Shown: positions 13,501-28,149, numbered from the whole stretch's first letter. The stretch is DNA of 46,998 nucleotides, filler included, from Streblomastix strix (GCA_008636045.1; 2 parts of 2 records of this genome joined end to end with filler, not necessarily neighbours in it); one strand, 5' to 3'. Notes: a model not told the origin generated them from the letters alone. Numbers and translations are program-made.

Positions 13501-16500
13501 TTGAATAATTTTGAGATAGTTACAATTTAATTGGAGACTATTCTATTTATTGGGAAGATAAATCCAGAGGAGTTTGGTTATTTATTTCTTTTTCTTTTGA
13601 TTATTTCTTCTTTTTAGCTTTTTTAGATACATTTTTTGCATTCGCATCCATATTTGCATTTAATGAATCTTTAATATCTTCTGGTTTTTTATATTCTCGT
13701 TTATATGGATTTATTTACTAAATTACTTTTTTGTTCTTCTAAATATTTCCTACATTTATGTTATTCTTATTATTTAATCCAAGTTCATTCCATTGCATTT
13801 TTTATTAACTACTCATATTAATATTAATATTAATATTTATATTATTATTATTATTATTATTATTTCCATTTAAATATAAATCATTCAAATTAGAGTTATT
13901 ATTGTTTCCTCTCAACATCTCTTTTTCTTTCTCCATCTACTCTTCATAATTCTTTTTCCTCAATTCATCAAATGAAAGAACATTTTATTGCTTTTTATTA
14001 GCTTTTTTCTTTTTCTATTTTTATTGTTATGAAGCCATCAATTATTATTAATCAAATAATAATTATATTTATTATTATTAAAGTTATTTATTTTATTATT
14101 CAGTAATTATTTTCTTTTCCTATGCATCTAAATTTTATTATTATTTATTTCTTTTTTTCACTTTATTTGGATCTGATATTGCATCTGCAGCAATTTATGC
14201 GATCTTTTATGAAATTGAGTCCTAAATATGTTATGATTGTGATAATTTACTCTGTTACTATATATCTTGCTAGGATGATTGTATTAATGAGGAAGATGGT
14301 TGATTAGAAGATATTTATTATATAAGTGAAGGTGAAGGTAAAGATAAAGAAGATAAATTTTTCTATTTATTCTAAGTTTGCTTATTATTCTATTTCTCAT
14401 TATCTTTTATCATCTTTTATTCCTTATTATTATTTTATTCAGTATCATTATCCTCTAAGAGCAATTTTGATGATTATGATTAATTAGATTACAACAATGA
14501 TGGAGATTGTGGAAGTATTGAAAATGATGGAAATTAAGACTAAGAAGATGATGAATATTAAACATTTGGAAATGATTGCATTGATGAAGATTAAGATGGT
14601 AATTAATTGCTTTGAAAAGAAGATAATTATTTACTTTAAGCAGAGAATGATTATATTGGAGTTGGAGGGAGACGATGAAGCCCCAATTGAACTTATTATT
14701 ATTAACTTAAATCTTAATATTGAATTTATCCATCTTTTATTCCTTCTCTTTATTCTCCAAATTTTCTTTCTCTCTCTTTTTCTTTTTATTGTTATTCTTC
14801 TTCTTTATTCGTTTCATCAATTAATTAATCTATACTAATACCATCAAATGTAAACATTACATTTTATTTGAGTTCCCATGGATCAAGAAATGCCATTAAA
14901 TCTTCACCTTCATCATTATTGTCATTCGTTTATTGTTTGGATTATTCTTGATTTTCAATATCTTCTAATTCTTCTTCTTCTTCATCATCATCATTAACTT
15001 CATCATCGTCTTCTTAAGATTCATTTTCAATTCCCGGTTTCCATTCATCATCATCTTATTCTTATTCCTACTCTTCTTTTAGCTTATTATCTTTATTTAT
15101 TGATTTTGATCTGAGTTGGCGTTTTTTAATATCTTTTTCAATATCCTTCACCATTTCTTTATTATTCTTCTTTTCTTTCTTTTTCTTATCAGATTTCCCT
15201 TTTTTTTCTTCTTCTCTTTTATTCTTCTAACATTTGATCATTGCTAGAATTCTTTTCTTTTGAATTAAACTTCTTTCTCTTCTTTATTGTTCAGCAACTT
15301 TAAATTCTTTCTCTTTTATTATTTATAATTATTGCTACGTTTGCATTTGAACTTGCATTAATGGTGAAATGAGCATTTTATCTGATGGATTTCCATATGG
15401 AAGTTGGGATTATTATGGAGATGGATAAAGTTATTATTATTTTTATTGTAATATTGAAGGAGAAAAAGATGGTTTAGGAAATGATTATTGTTATAAATTA
15501 TTATTTGATGATTGAATTAAAGATGATGAATTTGAAGTGGTTTTATTCTTGTTATTATTCGCATTCTATGGAACACCAAAACTAAAAGCTAATAGATTAA
15601 TTGGTGTACGATATGTTTCTTATGCTTATATTAATACTTATTTTTATTGATTCATTCGATCTTACAATTATTATTATTATATTTTGCTTTGATCAACATC
15701 CAATTTCTTCTCTTCTTATTTTATATTTATGATGTTGTTCTTATCAAAGTTCATATTCATATTATTCATATTAATAGGATTAATATTACTCATTATGTTA
15801 TTCATATTAATGTTCATATTTATATTAAAGCCAGAAAATGAAGGCATGTTTATTGGAATCTGAATTGGTATCTAAGAAGGGAATTAATTAGAAACAGAAG
15901 GTGCAAATGGAGAAGGGAGATTTGTAAGAGGGTATTTAGTTTGTAATTAATATGGAGAAGGTGAAATTACAGGAACTAATAAAGACTATGTTTATTAGAC
16001 TTATTACTGTAATAAATTCTATTAATTTTATTATGGTTATTAAAACATGGAATATTATTATTGATTAAATAACTAAATAGAAGAAGAAGGTTGGGGGTCT
16101 TAAGAATCAGGAGACAATTCAGATGATGATGAGATGGAAGAAAGATCATCGTTCTTCTCTTTTATGTACATATTCGATTTATATTGCTGATGATGACTCG
16201 AATTGTTGCTGCCTTTATTCTTATTTTATATTATATTATCAAATTCTTGATCGATGTTTGTATTCTAATTTTTTATTTTATTTTAGTTATTTCCTCTTTT
16301 TTCAGTAGTAGCTCTTGATCTCAATTATTTTCCTTTTGATTCTTTATTTTATTCATTATCTCCTTTTCCTATTCTTTCTACTTTAGTTTTCTTGTCTTTT
16401 TATTTCAATTCCTATTCTTTTTCAGATCCATTAATCTATTTAATAGTATTTTGTATTGAACTTCCTCTTCTCTCTCTAAGTTTCATACTGAAATTGATAC

Positions 16501-19500
16501 TTTGTTGAGAAGCTATACTTGATAGAGTACGAATATTACTATTCATTTATTCACTTTGTATTGTTTTCTCTTATATTTCTTTATCCATTAATTTCTCATT
16601 GTTATTATTTTCTGGTTGAATTTATTCTTTTTGTTCTTCCTCAATATTAGATATTGCATCTTTTTCAATTTATTATTTTTTCTCTTTAGTTTCTTTATCA
16701 TCACTCTTTTCAATTGTATTTTCATCAGTAACTTAAACATCTTCTTCATCATCCACTATATCTTATTCTTCTTCTACTTTCTCATCTGCATTAATTTTAA
16801 TCTCTTCTTCTTCCTCATCAACTTCATCTTCCAATTCTTTTCCTTTCTCATAATCCCAATCTTATTCAATATCATCAATTTCATCAATGTCATCAGATAA
16901 AGACACATCAAAGTCATCTTCAAATTCTTCTTAATCCAAATCAACTGTTTTTCTTTTCCCTCTTTTTCTTCCTCTTTTTCTGTTTCCTTTATTTGATCCT
17001 TTGTTATTTTGTATTTTCTTCTTTTTCTTTTTGTTTATATTCTTATTAATACTCGCATTATCATTTGCATTCACATCTTCATTCTCATTATCAATCTCAG
17101 TTGATTCATTGTTTAAATCATCATTTATTTCTTTATTTGAAATATTTTGATCTTTTTCATTTAATTCATCTGTTTCAATGATGTCTTATTTATTCTTCAG
17201 AATTGTTTTATATTAAGTTTATTCATTCGATTTTTCATTTTCATTTTCGTTCTCTGTCATATCAAATAAACTTTTTGAAGTATTTCCAATTTGTTCAGGT
17301 ATTTGAATTTAATTGCTGGGTTCAATATCTTTAATCATCTTCAATTCTTCTTCTTCATCTTCTTTCTTTATTACATCTTTTTCCATTTAACTATTAAATT
17401 ATTACTGTTCTTTTTCTTTTCTATCTTTTTCGATTTTTTCTTTTTCTTCATTACTTATCTCTTTAACATCAAATTCTTTTTTAACTTAGTAATAATTGAA
17501 ATTGTCTGGCCAGAATAATATATCAAATGCATAAGTTTCATCATCATTAATTTCGTCATTCTATTTCTTTTTCCTTTATTATTTCTTCTTATCTTATTAT
17601 TATTACTATTCATTTTATTATTCCTATTCTTTTAGAGATTGATTATCTTCATTCTCTTTATCATTTATTATCTCATATTTCTTATCTCTTCTCTCTTTAA
17701 TCTTCTTTAATTCAATTTCTCCCCATTCGTCCATTTCTAGCTTCATTCTTTCTCCTAATAATTATATTATATGTTTTGGCATATTCAAAACTCTTATCTT
17801 TTCATACAATGCATAATAAGGAAGTGGAGGTTATATTAATTCAATTGGAATGTGTCTGGGTGTAATTTCTTATAATTTAGATTTAAAATCAGATTAAGGA
17901 TTATTTGTAGGTTATGAATTAATTGTTTATGTTGAAGTTAGTTATGAGGATTGATTTGTATTATTTTCGTTTGTCTTTTATTCTTATTTAGCTTCATTTG
18001 CCAAATATGATGTATTATTACCAGATCCTGAAAGTTATCTCATAATCTGAGCAAACTTCTTGAGCATTGATGAAGTGATTCTTCCATTATTCACTTTCTC
18101 TCCACCTCTTCCAGATCGAACATTTGACTGCTAATTTGAATGTTGAGATGATGTATTATATTCAAGAAGACCCATATGTCCCTTTCGCATTAGTGATTTA
18201 ACTACCAAAGCTGGATGTATGCAGACTTATTATAATCTGACAAGTAACTCCAATGCATTCAGACTCAATACCATGTGATATCCTCCAGAATTACCTCCAT
18301 TCATTGAACCAGACATTTAACCACCAAATTAATTCATTCCTGCATTTGTACCTTAGAAAGCACCTGATATTGTGTTCAGTGCACCAATTCCTACTTGTCC
18401 TCTATCAAATGCAGATGCTGCTGCATTCTCTAATTCAGTTCTCCTTTATAAATATTCAAATTCTCTTATTGAATCCTGCTCTAAAAGTGAATAGAACTCC
18501 TTTTCTGCTTTACTCAACCTGACTGAAATCTCACGAGTTAGTTTCGCTGGCAGAAATGTTCCCTTTCCATCAGTTACTGTATTTGGTGCAAGATTTGATG
18601 AAAGTTGGATTTGTGTTTATAAAGATGATTAATTATTCGAAAGCAGAGGTGAAATGTGAGGTGAAATATTGATGGGTGGTTTAGTTAGTAGTTTTGAAGT
18701 GAGTTATATTTATTCTTATTATTTCTCTATTTCATTCAATGCTTTATTTAAATCCTATTCTTTTATATTATCATCCTTAATATTCTCATCCTAAAATAAT
18801 TTTTCCATATCATCATCCTCATCATCTAATTCACTTTCCTTCTTCTTCTGTTTCTCTTTTTATTATTCCTTATCAAATAAATCTTATCCAATATCTTATT
18901 CAATCAAGGCGATTTCTTCTTTTGTTCTTCTTAATACAGATCCACAAAGTGTTTCCTGGGTTGAATCATGCCATAGTCCAGTGAATTTAACCAATGAAAG
19001 CAAATCTTTCAACTCGTTCTGAATCGGAGTACCTGTTAAGCACCATCTTCGCTGTGATTGAAGCACAGTCATTGTTCTAAATTAGAAAGTAGCATCATTC
19101 TTTATTGTATGAGCTTCATCCATCACAATTCTTCTCCAAGCAACAGAAAGTAGAGGCCAACGCATTCCTTATAATCCTTCCTATAATAACTCTCTCATAT
19201 GAGCTGGAGGAAGAACTCTTGCAATCTCTCTCATGAGCATCTCATAATCATTTGATGTTACACCAAGACTGAGATTGAAATGAAATCCTTCAAAATTCAA
19301 CGATTTAGAGCTAGGTACTTATGTTCCTTATGTTTATGCATTGTTTGTTTCTCCTTTTAGATCAAAATCTTCATCTTCATCTTCTTTGTTGTTATCATCT
19401 TGACCTTATTTATTTCCAATCTTCTGCTTTTTCACGAGAATTTTTTATTTTGTCTTATTTTCAAGCCATTCGATAAGTTATGCAACTTCATTCCTAATAA

Positions 19501-20137
19501 CTGTGTACGTTGTTAAGCATACATCACACTCTTCCAGAAGTTCAGCAATCGATTTCTTGTTCTGCCAATCAACGAATCTGCTCCCAAAGTCTGCACGTTG
19601 TTAATTGATTGGTATTCCATTGTAGTGAACAAATACTTTGAACTGAGTTGGTTTCTTCATAACTCGATGACATTCAGACAACCAATGGGACATTACACCT
19701 TTTGGCGATATAATGAGTGTTCCTTACACTCTATGATATTTACATTCAAGTACTTTTTCAATCTTAACCTCTTTCTTTCCACGCTCAGTTGTCTCTTATC
19801 GAATTTGGTTTATAATCTCACTATCAGATCCATGATCCACATGAAGTGTGTTTAAGTATGTCATTTTCATTCTTAAATTTTGTCTTTAGAATTTGTCTAT
19901 TGCGAGAAGAGCCAAGACAACGATCGTCTTCCCAAGGCCCATGGCATCTGCTAAAATACCTCCCCGCATTGGAAACGAACCTGGTGGATCAATCTCTCTT
20001 TTGATCATCCAACCAAGAGCTACTTTTTAATGCTCCTTCAGATCTAGGACAAAGTTAATAATTGTATCATTATATGCCTCTGCAAACGAGTGGTACACAA
20101 TACGACCATCTTTCCAAGGGTTTTAGTCAGTATCCAT
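7550..20137 (-). CDS. Very large Rad5/Rad16/HLTF-like SNF2-family helicase with RING finger and long Q/E/N/S-rich insertions (multi-exon)
   Basis: [26 protein letters not shown] (Walker A), [104 protein letters not shown] at 7550-7552. Confidence 0.92.
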
Positions 20138-20755
20138 GAGGATGGTGGTGTACTTATTATCAAATTAAAGAGAAATAAGAGGAAAAAAGATAAGTTTTTA
20201 TAATCTTAAATTATTGTTTCAAAATATATGGAACGTTTTAAGGTATAAAATCAATAAATTTAAGTTCAATTGGATAATATAATTATAATAATAATGAATA
20301 GAGTGCTTAAATATCAAAATTAAATATGCTTGTCGTGATATTTTGTTAATACAAAACATATTTTCTTGTGCATTTTTCCTGTTATTCTTTATATTATTTA
20401 TTGTTTTTTGTTGAAAATGTAATGAATATATTCATGTTAAATACAAAAAATATCATATTAAGAAGAAAAAGAAGATAATACAAGAGTAGAAAATTAAAAT
20501 TTTTAAATTGTCTATTATGTAAGTAAAAATACATTTATATCAAAAAATATTTTAATAAATGTAAAATAAAATATTATTAATAAATGAAGATAATGTTCTC
20601 TTCTACCAAGGATTCTTGGGAGCCTCAAACAAATGGTCTTTTAACTTTTTGGTTAAGAATTTTGGGTGGAAAAATAAAAAGAAAAAGAAGTTCTAATCAA
20701 TGCAATTATTTTTGCAATATTATTAATAAACATTTTTATTTGATTTTCATTAAGT

Positions 20756-22172
20756 TCATAACTGCAAGACAAATCCATCTTTGGTAATCTCTAAATTATT
20801 CACTAAAATATACAATAATAATTGAAAATATGAGTAAATTTAATAAATAAATATTAAATACATAAAAATATCAAATAGTTACTGATAGCAAACCAGGATT
20901 TAGTGCTAAATAGCCCAATGAATCGTAGGCATATTTCTTTGTCATTTCATCAGTATCGTGCAAAAGAATGTTTTTGAGATGTTTTATGATATTTTGACGC
21001 ATTTGCTTTTGCTGATCAATTTCACGTGCTCGATAAATGATACTTATGCAAAATGCAGCTGTGTTATTCATATCTTCGCCCAAATTTCGACAGAATAATT
21101 CATATATTTTTATTATCCCCCCAGATTTTGAAACTTAATCAAAGTGTGGATGTGTACTATGATTAGATTAATCAGTTGTCAAATATGATGAGAAGAGAAT
21201 ATTAAATATTGAATATGCAGCAAGTTAAACGATAATGAGATTGTTCTGGTCAAGAATTTTGAAAAGTGTTGTATAAATGTTTTTTTCAAGCAATAGTTGA
21301 ATCACATTTTCACTTGATTGGTCTGTAAGCTTATATAATATATCAATATTTTCTGGAGTAATATTCTCCATGTTTTTCTCAATTAATCGTAATAGACTAT
21401 CTACAATGCCACACTCAATAACAAACAATTTTATCTCATTGTTCCCATTTTCAAGAAGAATCCTTTCAATAAATTTGTAATGATCTAATCCCATTTATAC
21501 AGACCCCTGAATTTATTTCTTCAGATCTTCAACAATCTTCCTACAAATAGAACATTGGCATTATTATTATTCTTTATCCTTCCTTAATGATTGTTTATGA
21601 CCGCTTTCTTAGCTATTATCCTTTTATATTCTTATTTATTCTTCTTTTTTTCTCTTATTCTAAATTAATTCTTTCTCTTTATTAGAAAATTCCTCTTTGT
21701 CTTTCTTTTCCTTTTGAATTTCGGCTTCTAATTGTTAAATTTATAACTTAAATTTATCCATTTCTTTTTAAACTAATTATAATTCTTAATTTTATTATTT
21801 ATTATCATTTTCCTAAACATTTTAGACTTTTTCTTATTATGTCACTTTTGCTTCAAGAATATTCATCCTTTAATTCAGTTATGAATTCAGCATATTTGCC
21901 TCTTAAAGTTATTTAGCAATATCATTTTATTCATTCTCTCTTTAAATTGTTAAGCTTGAGTTATCTTATAGTTCAATAATTTCAGGAAGATACAATTACA
22001 GTTTTGTTTTTGGAACTTTCCCAATTTTTCCATCTTTTTCCACAGTAAAGTTGACAAGTTCTTTCTTAATCACGCTAACAATATCTCCTTTTGTAATAGA
22101 AAAGGATTATCCATCTCCTTCTTTGATGGTGTAATCTGATATGGCTTCATAAAATTCAAACGTTTCTAACAT
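20756..22172 (-). CDS. SH3-domain, coiled-coil and ARM/HEAT-like helical-repeat protein (2 exons)
   Basis: N-terminus YEAISDYTIKEGDGQSFSITKGDIVSVI..GKIGKVP is SH3-like, followed by a Q/E/K coiled coil. C-terminus HPHFDQVSKSGGIIKIYELF..AAFCISIIYRARE..LGYLALNP is ARM-like. One terminal intron; TGA at 20756-20758. Confidence 0.7.
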
Positions 22173-22648
22173 CTTTCAATAGTAAATAAAAATAATAATA
22201 AAATTAATAAAAAAATTAAGAAAATCATGAATGGTTCAGTGTTATTTGTAATTAAAAGCAAAATAAAAATATTACATATCATAAAATGCTGATTTTAAAG
22301 ATAAATTATTAAAATTTGATTTGATTTGGAGTAAAAAATTAGTTTTTATTTTTTCACTTAATTTCTCATGGATTTATCCAAATTTTCATTTATTATCTAT
22401 CTAGATATATTCTATCGAATTAATAGACATGATAAATTGAAAATCAGCAAGTATATGATCTAAAACTATCAAATAAGGCTGACATGTAATAAATATATAA
22501 TTTATTGACTCAAAATTTTGATGAATATGAAGTAAAAATATAAACTATTGACTATGTTATGAAATATGAACGGTTGACAATTAAATGAAAATTTACTTCT
22601 TTTCATAAAACCGATTCTTTTTTGTAAATATTATTCTTTTAAACTTAT

Positions 22649-23306
22649 TCATTAGGAATTATTGTTATCAACATCATCATTTTCATTATTTTCATGAGAA
22701 ACTTCCTCTCTAATTGTACCCATTAATGGTAATTTAGAAGAGTGTGAAGGCGAAATCGCTTAAATGTTTGGATCATAAACAATATTTTTTCCTTCTTTAT
22801 TATAATAATATTCAGTAGAAATTAAGCCTTCTTTCTCACCACCACTTCCCATACTATATTCACTGTGTAAATCGCCAATTTCTTCTTATTCGATTTTCTA
22901 ATTAATAATAAATGCTCTTTCACTAGGACCAGGACTCCCAATATATGTATTTTCAAGATTATATGGGTTATATCCTCTCATTACAATACCTCCATTTGAA
23001 TCTGTTATACTTACATTTGCCATTTCATTCTAATTGTTATTTGGCATTACATCAACTCTATGAACATCAACAATGTCTTATTCGTCAATTGCATCCAGTC
23101 CCAATCCAAGTTCGTTTTACCGCTTTTTTTCAGATATTGCATCTCCCTCTGACCAAGTAGCTCTTGATTACTCAGATTCATTCTTTGTCTCATCTGATGA
23201 TTCTTTCTCAGATAAATCTCCTTCACTTTATGTCTCTCTGTCAGCCTCATCACTGTCAATATCAAATGTATCTTCACTAATCGCTCTTTATATGACATTT
23301 CCTTTC

Positions 23307-23382
<76 letters not shown>

Positions 23383-23462
23383 TTCCATTATTTTATGCTT
23401 TTTCATTTCCTTTTACTTAATTATTAGGTTTTTAACGATTATTCTTTCATTCTTATTCTCTT
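22649..23462 (-). CDS. 3' part of an uncharacterised acidic, poly-Gln host protein, truncated by the gap
   Basis: Open frame with TAA/TAG=Q, including a (TAA)n run at about 23308-23381 read as poly-Q. Ends NNNSQ-TGA. Confidence 0.7.
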
Positions 23463-23562
23463 NNNNNNNNNNNNNNNNNNNNNNNNNNNNNNNNNNNNNN
23501 NNNNNNTTAATTAATTAANNNNNNNNNNNNNNNNNNNNNNNNNNNNNNNNNNNNNNNNNNNN
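23463..23562. other. Artificial contig linker (N44-TTAATTAATTAA-N44)
   Basis: Symmetric N runs around a six-frame-stop 12-mer. Confidence 0.97.
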
Positions 23563-25943
23563 GGAATGGTGGATCAAGCATATTGATACAATAATCACCA
23601 TCTAATTTGAATTCGTTATAGGCTATAGAATACTTGACCGCATTAGCACATGAGGCCATCGAGATAAATTAGATCATGTCTACTTTATATTCAAAGAACA
23701 GGTTAATTAAATTTTTTATTGGTTCAACCATTAAGGATGTGTCTATTATATTATAATGTTTCAAATAATCCCATTTATTACTAAATTATTTATAATCTAA
23801 TAAGTACTATTTATATTCTTCATCTGTAATCGAACAATTTTTCAATGTGTTATTGAAATCAGATTAATTAAAGGGGATAGATTAAGACAGCTATTTTTCA
23901 TAGTCATCCTTGATTAGATCGTATGGAAATAGGCCCTTGCATTACTGTTATTTTGAAAAAATTCATAACAAATTAATTGAGTGTCTTTGTTAGTGCAACA
24001 TATAAGAATTCGTCTAAAAATTTTAGCTTTACTAATAAATTATTATGTGAAATAATTAACTATTTACAGAATTAAGAAGTATCTAAATAGCTAGTTATTT
24101 TCCAATAGCTTGAAGATAAATAGGGAAATAAGAAGAACATATCAAACTTAGTGGAATTATATCCAAGGATTGGAACCTCGATTGAATTGGGGATAAGTTC
24201 ATCATCATAATTATTATTATGTTTAATTTACACTGCTTCTTTAAATATTATATCTAGCCATAAATTAGCGAAGTTATTGGTTCAAATATCGAAATAAATA
24301 GATTTAGTACCCTTAAAGGAATAAATGGTACTGGCTACTGATAGGAGGACTAATTTAGATATTAATTTACTATGTTTACAAAACTCAGTATTTATTTTTT
24401 ATTCGTATGTTTCGAAATCATAAGTAATAAAATATTAAGTTGTCCTAAATTCATGTTCTTAATTATATGCGAGTAGATAGTGATAGGTCTTATTTTACAT
24501 AATATGTGGTACAAATGGACGTTATATGTTATCTAACATAACTTATTTCTTAATTATACCTTTATTTAATCGACATTTCTCTATATGTTTCGCCATGTTC
24601 TCTTTAGTGCGTGAATCAACCTGAAAACAATGATTCTAGCAAATTGGGCAAAATAATAGTCCAGTCAAACGTTCTTTATCTGTCACTAGTAGTGTGTGGA
24701 TATTGATACCATTTAGTTACTCAGATTAGATAAGTAAAAAATTTATTTCGTTATCAGTTTCTATCGAGAAAGATTAGGCCAAATGATAGCGAAAAGAACT
24801 GTCGTCCTGTTCATAAGAAAATAAGTTAACAGATAATTTTAAGTGTTTGTGGATTAATTATATCTGTTGCGTAATTGAATACCTCGAATGTTCTTGGGTT
24901 AAATTCTCCATAAAATAGATTCCCTATTTCTTTCATCTTTGCAAGAACTTATTTATCGCCGTATCTCTTTTCCTTACTATATTTCAACTAATATCTGGCA
25001 ATCGCTTCCAGCACGCAAGTATTGGGATAAGATGAGTTAACATATTTGAAGCACTGGCGCTTCTTGGATAAATGTTGCTTAATACTCGGAATTGATTTAC
25101 AACTGATTGGAAGTAGATATGTTATTGCGCACATTGAATAAATTGCAATATATTTTTCTTTTGTATCAGTTAATGTTCGCCCTTAAATAGATATAATTAA
25201 TGATTCAATATAATTTTTATATAGTTCAATATCTTACTAGTTACGCATTAATATTGGGGCTCTTCTTTCTGACATTGAATCTCTAGTGATAATATATCCA
25301 TAGATAATCCTTTCGTCATTATTTTTATCTCTATCTCTACGTTCATATATAAATCCAAAATGAATGGCTAACTTATACAGTGTGTTTTTTTATAGAAGTG
25401 TAAATAGAATCAATGAAATCGTATATATTTAATAAGCTGGTTATTTAATTATTATAATGAGCTATTGTTATTGGGTTTCGTTCAACGTGATTCTAATCGT
25501 GATAGTTAGATTTGGCATCATTGAGAACTTTAGTGAATTCGTCTAGATATACTGGATGAGCTAATAATAGAACCCCGTCATTAGTTAATTTTAATAATTT
25601 ATGCTAACGTGTTGATTTGATTTATTAATTAATTTCCTATAATTGATGTTGGAAAATATACTATAATTTGGGCTCTAATTACTAATTTATCTAGTTAAAA
25701 ATCAATTTTAGGTTATATTATTATTGGTTAACGTTAATAAAATTAGTTATCTAATCTAGCATCAAGGTCAATCATAAATTATTAGAGTACATCATAATTG
25801 TTTCTTGATCCTTTGCGTGGAAAATTATTTTTATCAAGTACCCTCTTTAATTAATGCTTCAATTATTAATATGTTTTACTACTTTTAAATTGCGGTAATA
25901 TGATATGTAGTAAATTTAATAACTAACCTTTTGATAATACCAT
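23563..25943 (-). CDS. polB: Protein-primed family B DNA polymerase (N-terminal region, exonuclease and start of polymerase; truncated by the gap; probable frameshifts)
   Basis: ExoI FITYDFETY, ExoII VPILGYNSTKFD, KFLDEF, KGLFPYD, ExoIII YYNIIDT. Upstream NTCVLEAI..IHTLLV and a CPIC..H..C zinc finger. Confidence 0.9.
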
Positions 25944-26167
25944 TTATAGTAATATAATAATAATTTTTATTTTATCTAGATAAGTTAAAGTTAAATTAAC
26001 AGGGTAAGCTCTTTTCGGAGTGAGTTGTGGTGGTTAATTTCACCATTACTCCTAGACCAATTATCAAACTAAGTTAAGTATCTAATTTTTACCCATATAT
26101 ATTTCTATTTATATGAAACATATATTTCTTAGCTATCACAAATATTTAACAAAAATAATAATTTTAA

Positions 26168-26750
26168 TCAAATGAGTCCAACAAATTTTTTGTATCTATT
26201 TTAGTAAATTTTGTGACGTTAGCCTTTTACGTCAGTTGCATGTACAAAGTGGTAACCTGCTTTTGTTTCATTGATATGTATTTACTTAAATTTTTGTCCA
26301 TTAAAGAAATAGAAAATATTTATATGGAAGTACAAACCTTCAAATTATTAATTTCCATATTCATTAACCTCAATACTTTCATCACCAATATCATCAACAT
26401 ATACATATTCTATATTATCTGGATGACACTAACCTTTATTTAAATTATTTTATCTAGGTGTGACCCAGCGAAGGTTAACTAGTGAATTATTTGTTTTGAT
26501 ACGGGAAACATGATCGATTTGTAATTTATGTTCAGGATCTTCATTTGGTATAAATTAAAACGCGACCAATCGATGAATATTGTGAGTTTGGCCGTTCAAA
26601 CCAACTTACGTATAACCTTACGGAGATTAATAAATAGTTGGCATAAATCCATCAGCTAATACGTCTAATAAACCATGGTTAAGTAGTTGTTATCTCGAAC
26701 TTTGGTTCAACATCAAGTTGGACAAATTATTGTTAGTTATTATTCTCCAT
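26168..26750 (-). pseudogene. HNH homing-endonuclease-like gene with one +1 frameshift near 26657
   Basis: IHRLVAFQFIPNEDPEHKLQIDHVSRIKTNNSLVNLRWVT. Its length of 583 nt is 3n+1. Confidence 0.85.
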
Positions 26751-26779
26751 TTAACCAGTGCATAATTAAATAAAATAAA

Positions 26780-27414
26780 AAATAAATAAATTAATTTTAC
26801 CAGACAGTTCTGGATGCTTAATTCAAGGCTGGCTTAATTCCAGCTGGCCCTTGTATCAATAAATATCGTATTATTGGTATTATTATTGCGGTTATTATCG
26901 ATATTATTATTGGAGAATTTATTTTTCTTCTTCATTTACTTCTTATTCAACATATTTTGGTTTCTATTTAACTTATTTCAACGCCTTTAATTTATTTTTA
27001 TATTTCTCATTCTATTTATTCGCTTCAGCGTGTTATTATTTTATAAATTTATTTTCAGTTCGAAGTGAAATTAACTCTTATATACCTAGTTAGGGATTTA
27101 AATATTTAATTTAAGGTTATTTTTACACTTTCTTTTTTATAGGTTAGGGTTTAACTTATTTTTATTCTTATTCTTCGTCAATATTGTCGTTACTTGAATC
27201 AGAATCAAATATTTTTTTATTTATATTTTTATGGGGTTCCTCTAGCTTACATCAATAATTTATTTTATTAAGCTTAAGTAACTATTTTTAGACCTTTCTT
27301 GCCATCTTCGAAATACTTAATTTGTTTCTTATCACAAATAAAATATCCACCATCAAAATATTCAGTATTTGTACCATTTTCCATCATAAATTTATATGCT
27401 TGTGATTTTTCCAT
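26780..27414 (-). CDS. Viral hypothetical K/Q/E-rich protein (frameshifted; 3' end uncertain)
   Basis: TAAATG start MEKSQAYKFMMENG. Coding-like charged stretches occur in shifting frames. Confidence 0.5.
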
Positions 27415-27444
27415 TTAATAATCAGAAATCTTTATTGAATTTAA

Positions 27445-28149
27445 ATGATATGCGGAGTTGAACGAAATTAATTGCGGCTCTCTAAAAGTAAAAATTAATT
27501 GAAAGAACTAACCGACCCAAATAATTAATAAAGATTACAGTATATAGATAATTTAATATCAAAAGCAATCAATGAAGCTAGTTAGCCAAACCACTAGTCA
27601 GGTATTAACGAAAGTAACTAATCAGAACATTAATCATAACGTTAGTTCAATAAAAATAAGTATACTGATGCTGATGGAACAACTGCTTAAGTAACCTTAT
27701 AGGAAGTAATAGATAAATTAGCTTAATCATCAATTCAACCGATAATCGTGGACAATCATTTAAACGCCTATCTATCCCATGCTAATTTGGAGATTATGAA
27801 ATTTGTAGTCGATTGTATATGGCTAACGGTTACAAATAGAAATAAAGGTGATGATTTCATTTTATCCTCGGAAAACTTTATTAAATTTTGGTCTATAATA
27901 ATATAAGAGAAAGAAGATGATATAGAAATTGTACTAGAGGAAAGTATTATTGCTACACACTCATGCCTTAGTAAATAATATAAAAAGAAGGAAATAGTTA
28001 GAGTAATTGATGTACTGATAAAAAATGTTTCCATTAATACGTAGGATAATGTACTCTGGAATTACGTGAAAAAATTTTATCGGATCAATAAAGATCTAGT
28101 TAGATTAAGTGAAGTACCTGCAATAGATAATGACCCAACTGAATTTTGA
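27445..28149 (+). CDS. Viral hypothetical protein (probable frameshifts in the 5' part)
   Basis: TAAATG start, and a long open frame from about 27657 to the TGA at 28147-28149. Confidence 0.55.

Noticed and set aside
11233..18522. Many F/L/I-rich plus-strand membrane-like ORFs in the track
   Set aside because: They are antisense shadows of the K/E/Q-rich minus-strand helicase gene.
23047..23420. Poly-Asn and poly-Tyr ORFs
   Set aside because: They are alternative frames of a (TAA)n run that reads as poly-Gln in the true frame.
23463..23562. TTAATTAATTAA palindrome as a biological site, and adjacency of the host genes to the virus
   Set aside because: It is a synthetic six-frame-stop linker inside N runs, so the flanks may be unlinked contigs.
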